From Candidatus Zixiibacteriota bacterium (GTDB lineage Bacteria; Zixibacteria; MSB-5A5; GN15; JAAZOE01), in the NCBI GenBank assembly GCA_030668485.1, contig DAOUTW010000012.1:12834-76833 (forward strand): DNA of 64,000 nucleotides, given 5' to 3'. Positions 59,968 through 64,000 of this stretch are shown one piece after another. Each line of letters starts with the position of its first letter. Position 1 is the first letter of the stretch. The notes beneath the pieces were generated by a model. That model was not told the DNA's origin, searched no databases, and saw nothing but the letters and a program-made list of their open reading frames with translations. The translations under genes were made by a program, and so were the position numbers.

Positions 59968-61575
59968 ATGTTTAGAATCGAATCAAAGGTCGATACCAGT
60001 TCGACCGATTTCAAGGAAAACGAGAAGCTCAACCGGGAAGCCTCCCGGATCTATAAGGAGCGCCTGGCCAAAATAAAAGTGGGCGGTACCGAAAAATCAC
60101 GAAAGCTTCATACCGGTCGCGGTAAAATGCTGCCCCGTGACCGAGTGGAAAAACTCCTGGATAAAAATACTCCGTTCCTTGAGTTGTCGTCTCTGGCCGC
60201 TTATGAAAAGTACAATAATGAAATTCCGGGGGCGGGTGTCATTACCGGAATCGGGATGGTGCATGGCCGAGAGGTGATGATTGTCGCCAACGATGCTACC
60301 GTCAAGGGCGGCACCTATGTTCCGGAGACCATCAAGAAGCATATCCGTGCTCAGGACATCGCGCTGGAGAACAATCTTCCCTGCATCTATCTGGTTGATT
60401 CCGGGGGGATTTTCCTGCCCCAGCAGGCGGGAGTGTTTGCCGACAAGGAGCATTTCGGACATATCTTTTTCAATCAGGCCCAATTGTCCGCTCATCGCAT
60501 CCCGCAGATAGCGGTGGTTATGGGATTATGTACCGCCGGCGGAGCGTATGTGCCGGCGATGTCGGATGAGGCGGTGATTGTTCGTAAGCAGGGAACAATC
60601 TTCATCGGCGGACCTCCGCTGGTCAAAGCGGCGACCGGAGAGGAAGTGTCGGCGGAAGATTTGGGCGGAGCCGATGTCCATTGCCGCATTTCAGGTGTCG
60701 CCGACCATTATGCACAAAACGACGAGCATGCCCTCGGCATTGCCAGAAACATTGTCGAGAACCTGGAACGTCCGCGCAAATTCCCTCTTGCCATTGAGGA
60801 GCCGGAAGATCCCTATTATGATCCCGAAGAACTATTCGGGGTGGTACCGAATGATATTCGCAAACCGTATGATGTCCGTGAGGTGATCGCTCGATTGGTG
60901 GACGGTTCGCGTTTCCATGAGTTCAAAGAACTATACGGCCCTACCCTGGTGTGCGGTTTTGCCCATATCATGGGATACCCGGTCGGGTTCCTGGGTAATA
61001 ATGGTATTCTATTTAGCGAATCGTCAGTGAAGGGGGCTCATTTTATCGAATTGTGCGCGCTTCGAAAAATTCCTCTGATTTTCCTCCAGAATATTACCGG
61101 TTTTATGGTTGGCAAAAAATATGAACATGGCGGGATCGCGCGTGACGGAGCAAAGTTTGTTCATGCTGTCGCCAATGCTCAGGTGCCCAAATTCACGATC
61201 GTTATCGGCGGATCGTACGGTGCCGGAAACTATGCAATGTGCGGCCGCGGGTATGAACCGCGGTTGATGTGGATGTGGCCGATGGCCAAAATCGCCGTAA
61301 TGGGCGGCGAGCAAGCCGCGGGTGTTCTCTCTGATGTCAGAGTGACAATCGAGGCCCGGAAAGGGAAGACCCTGACCGAAGAGGAAATACAGGCCATCAA
61401 ACAACCGATACTCGACCAGTATGAACATGAATCCTCACCCTATTTCGCCACGGCCCGCCTATGGGATGATGGCATCATCGATATGAACGAAACGCGTCAG
61501 GCACTGGCTCTGGGAATAGCCACATCACTCAACAAACATATCCCCGACCACTCCTTCGGCGTCTTTAGAATGTAA
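59968..61575 (+). CDS. Methylcrotonoyl-CoA carboxylase-type carboxyltransferase subunit
   Basis: [48 protein letters not shown]. Confidence 0.9.
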   Translation: MFRIESKVDTSSTDFKENEKLNREASRIYKERLAKIKVGGTEKSRKLHTGRGKMLPRDRVEKLLDKNTPFLELSSLAAYEKYNNEIPGAGVITGIGMVHGREVMIVANDATVKGGTYVPETIKKHIRAQDIALENNLPCIYLVDSGGIFLPQQAGVFADKEHFGHIFFNQAQLSAHRIPQIAVVMGLCTAGGAYVPAMSDEAVIVRKQGTIFIGGPPLVKAATGEEVSAEDLGGADVHCRISGVADHYAQNDEHALGIARNIVENLERPRKFPLAIEEPEDPYYDPEELFGVVPNDIRKPYDVREVIARLVDGSRFHEFKELYGPTLVCGFAHIMGYPVGFLGNNGILFSESSVKGAHFIELCALRKIPLIFLQNITGFMVGKKYEHGGIARDGAKFVHAVANAQVPKFTIVIGGSYGAGNYAMCGRGYEPRLMWMWPMAKIAVMGGEQAAGVLSDVRVTIEARKGKTLTEEEIQAIKQPILDQYEHESSPYFATARLWDDGIIDMNETRQALALGIATSLNKHIPDHSFGVFRM

Positions 61576-61582
61576 GGCTGAT

Positions 61583-62371
61583 ATGGAAAAAACATACGAA
61601 ACGATAAAAATCGAGAAAGAAGGTCCGGTGGCAACGGTCAGTTTCTGCCGTCCGGAAATTCACAACGCCTTCAATGATACCCTCATCTATGAGATGACCG
61701 ATCTATTCACGTCTCTCAAAGAAGACAATGACCTCAGGGTCATAGTTCTTACCGGAGAGGGTAAATCATTCTGTGCCGGCGCCGACTTGAACTGGATGCG
61801 CCGGGTCAAAGATTACAGTTTCGAGAAAAACCTCGAAGAATCTCTGGCGCTGGCCAACCTGTTCTGGCTTATTTACACCATGCCTCTGCCGATTGTGGGT
61901 CGTATCAATGGCGCTGCTATCGGCGGCGGGACCGGGTTTGTCTCGGTGTGTGATATTTCAGTCGCCGCCGAATCGGCCAAATTTTCCTTTTCCGAAGTCA
62001 AAATCGGAGTCGTCCCGGCCTGTATCGGTCCGTATGTCGTCAAGAAAATCGGCGAGGGCAAGGCGCGCGAATTCTTCATTTCGGGAGAACGGTTATCTGC
62101 CGCCGACGCTCATCGCATCGGCCTGGTTAATCGATATTATCCCGATGATCAATTCGATGATGAAATCGACAAGCTGGTTAAGACAATATTATCGTCCGGA
62201 CCCAACGCCATTAAAATGGCCAAGGAACTGGTCTCCAATGTACCTCTTATGACCCAGGATGAATTCAGGCCGTATACGGCTGAGATGATTGCCAAGCTGC
62301 GCAAGTCCGACGAGGGGCAAGAGGGGATGGACGCATTTTTGAACAAACGCAAACCAAACTGGGTGAAATAA
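61583..62371 (+). CDS. Enoyl-CoA hydratase (methylglutaconyl-CoA hydratase-like)
   Basis: RPEIHNAF, FCAGADLNWM, GGGTG, FSEVKIG, EGQEGM. Confidence 0.88.
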   Translation: MEKTYETIKIEKEGPVATVSFCRPEIHNAFNDTLIYEMTDLFTSLKEDNDLRVIVLTGEGKSFCAGADLNWMRRVKDYSFEKNLEESLALANLFWLIYTMPLPIVGRINGAAIGGGTGFVSVCDISVAAESAKFSFSEVKIGVVPACIGPYVVKKIGEGKAREFFISGERLSAADAHRIGLVNRYYPDDQFDDEIDKLVKTILSSGPNAIKMAKELVSNVPLMTQDEFRPYTAEMIAKLRKSDEGQEGMDAFLNKRKPNWVK

Positions 62372-62375
62372 CATC

Positions 62376-63878
62376 ATGCCGGAATTGTTTAATAAAATCC
62401 TGATCGCCAACCGGGGCGAAATTGCCGTCCGGGTTATCCGGGCCTGCCGCGCCCTCAATATCAAAACGGTGACGGTCTACTCCACCGCCGATAAGTATGC
62501 GGTGCATACTTTGATGGGGGATGAAAGTTATGAAATCGGACCGCCGCCGCCGCTGGAATCGTATCTGAATATTGACAAAATAATAGATGCGGCCAAGAAG
62601 TCGGGAGCGCAGGCGATTCATCCCGCTTATGGTTTTCTGGCCGAAAATCCCCTGTTCGCGCAGGCCTGTATCGACAATGATTTCGTCTTCATCGGTTCGA
62701 CTCCGGAATCAATTCGTCTGATGGGTAATAAGGTCGAATCTCGTATCAAGATGGCCGATGCCGGAGTGCCGTTGATCCCCGGTATGAAGTCCTCCGGAAC
62801 CGACATCGCTGAATTTAAAAAAGCGGCCGATGATGCAGGTTATCCGGTGTTGATCAAGGCTGCTGCCGGAGGCGGCGGAAAAGGGATGCGCGTCGTCCAT
62901 AAACCCGAAGATATCGAAGTCGCGGTCGAGGGGGCGCAGCGCGAAGCTAAATCGGCCTTCGGCGATGATACCATCTATCTGGAAAAGTACATCATTAACC
63001 CGCGCCATATCGAATTCCAGGTTCTGGCCGATGCTCATGGTAGCACCGTCCATGTCTTCGAACGGGAATGTTCCATCCAGCGCCGCCATCAGAAAATCGT
63101 CGAGGAAACACCATCAATCGCCGTATCGCCTGAGTTGAGGGAGAAAATGGGCGCTGTCGCGGTGGCGGTTACGAAAGCGGCCGACTATGTCAATGCCGGG
63201 ACGGTTGAGTTCCTCCTCGATCCTGACGGAAAGTTTTACTTCCTCGAGATGAACACCCGTATCCAGGTCGAGCATCCGATTACCGAAGAAGTGGCCGGTG
63301 TCGACCTCGTGGTCGAACAGATCCGGATCGCATCGGGATTCCCGATGTCGGATCATTTCAAAAACCTCACCCAGCGGGGCCATGCCATCGAATGTCGTAT
63401 CTACGCCGAAGACGCGGGCAATAACTTCATGCCGTCGATCGGGAAAATTTTGATGTACAAAGAACCGACCGGCCCGGGTATAAGAGTCGATTCCGGAGTA
63501 ATTCAGGACTCCGAGGTCGGAATTGACTACGACCCGATTCTTGCCAAGCTGATCGTTTGGGGTGAAGATCGAGATTCTGCGCGGGCAAGGATGATTCGAG
63601 CTCTGAATGAGTATAAAATTCTCGGTATCAGACATTCGATCAAATACCTGGCCGATATCGTGGCTCATCCGAAGTTCGGATCAGGGGAGACCTACACCAA
63701 TTTTATCGAGACCAATTTCTCCGACTGGGAATATGACACCGATGCCAATCTCGAAACCGCTCTGGCCGCTGCGGCGGTAGTAAACGGCCGCCAGAAGCCA
63801 ACGGTCGGATCGGGACAGGCTGCACAACAGAACTATAACCCCTGGCTGACTTTGGGCGCCTGGCGGATAGGGGAGTAA
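62376..63878 (+). CDS. Biotin carboxylase subunit
   Basis: ANRGEIA, GGGGKGMR, RECSIQRRHQK, EMNTRIQVEH, YDPILAK. Confidence 0.93.
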   Translation: MPELFNKILIANRGEIAVRVIRACRALNIKTVTVYSTADKYAVHTLMGDESYEIGPPPPLESYLNIDKIIDAAKKSGAQAIHPAYGFLAENPLFAQACIDNDFVFIGSTPESIRLMGNKVESRIKMADAGVPLIPGMKSSGTDIAEFKKAADDAGYPVLIKAAAGGGGKGMRVVHKPEDIEVAVEGAQREAKSAFGDDTIYLEKYIINPRHIEFQVLADAHGSTVHVFERECSIQRRHQKIVEETPSIAVSPELREKMGAVAVAVTKAADYVNAGTVEFLLDPDGKFYFLEMNTRIQVEHPITEEVAGVDLVVEQIRIASGFPMSDHFKNLTQRGHAIECRIYAEDAGNNFMPSIGKILMYKEPTGPGIRVDSGVIQDSEVGIDYDPILAKLIVWGEDRDSARARMIRALNEYKILGIRHSIKYLADIVAHPKFGSGETYTNFIETNFSDWEYDTDANLETALAAAAVVNGRQKPTVGSGQAAQQNYNPWLTLGAWRIGE

Positions 63879-64000
63879 TGACGATGAATTTCGAATTTGT
63901 ATATGACGGCGAGACCAAAACGGTCGACTTGAAAGAGAATCGTTTTGCCACCTTTGGCGATGATAAAGCGCCGGTCGAAATCGAATCGACTCCCGACGGT
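63878..64000 (+). CDS. Partial CDS, probably biotin carboxyl carrier subunit
   Basis: ATG overlaps the upstream stop, frame open to window end (MTMNFEFVYDGETK...). Product inferred from context only. Confidence 0.5.
   Translation, partial: MTMNFEFVYDGETKTVDLKENRFATFGDDKAPVEIESTPDG

Overview
Bacterial (diderm) genomic window. PorV/UPF0164-like barrels, a PEP-CTERM system, archaeal-type HMG-CoA synthase and anaerobic-type metabolism suggest an FCB-related lineage such as Zixibacteria (inference only). From left to right: (i) envelope genes, GH57 and M48 peptidase; (ii) a sigma-54-driven PEP-CTERM regulatory locus (PorV-like gene, sugar transferase, PEGA and FN3 proteins, PrsK/PrsR, second NtrC-type regulator); (iii) an archaeal-style nurA-herA-mre11 operon with no adjacent rad50; (iv) an NSS transporter with an unannotated MetS-like microprotein; (v) uppP, a heptosyltransferase-GmhB fusion, amrS, a peptidase/WD40/Omp85 protein, a BamB-like lipoprotein and a HEAT protein; (vi) hsp20 (in-frame stop)-dnaK-J protein-dnaJ; (vii) an AT-richer accessory block flanked by REP-like palindromes, holding a Cys-tailed lipoprotein and a coupled radical SAM fusion plus HerA-type ATPase pair (best candidate for an undescribed, probably defence, system); (viii) six tandem mosaic PEP-CTERM paralogues with repeated sigma-54 promoters and TGT-N11-ACA boxes; (ix) tdh-acpS-acsA-acp-kbl, an apparently ACP-linked threonine/glycine module; (x) HMG-CoA synthase/thiolase/DUF35 followed by AtuA and methylcrotonyl-CoA carboxylase-type genes. 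I recognised no rRNA, tRNA, CRISPR array, transposase or integrase. All calls come from motif reading; no database searches were run.
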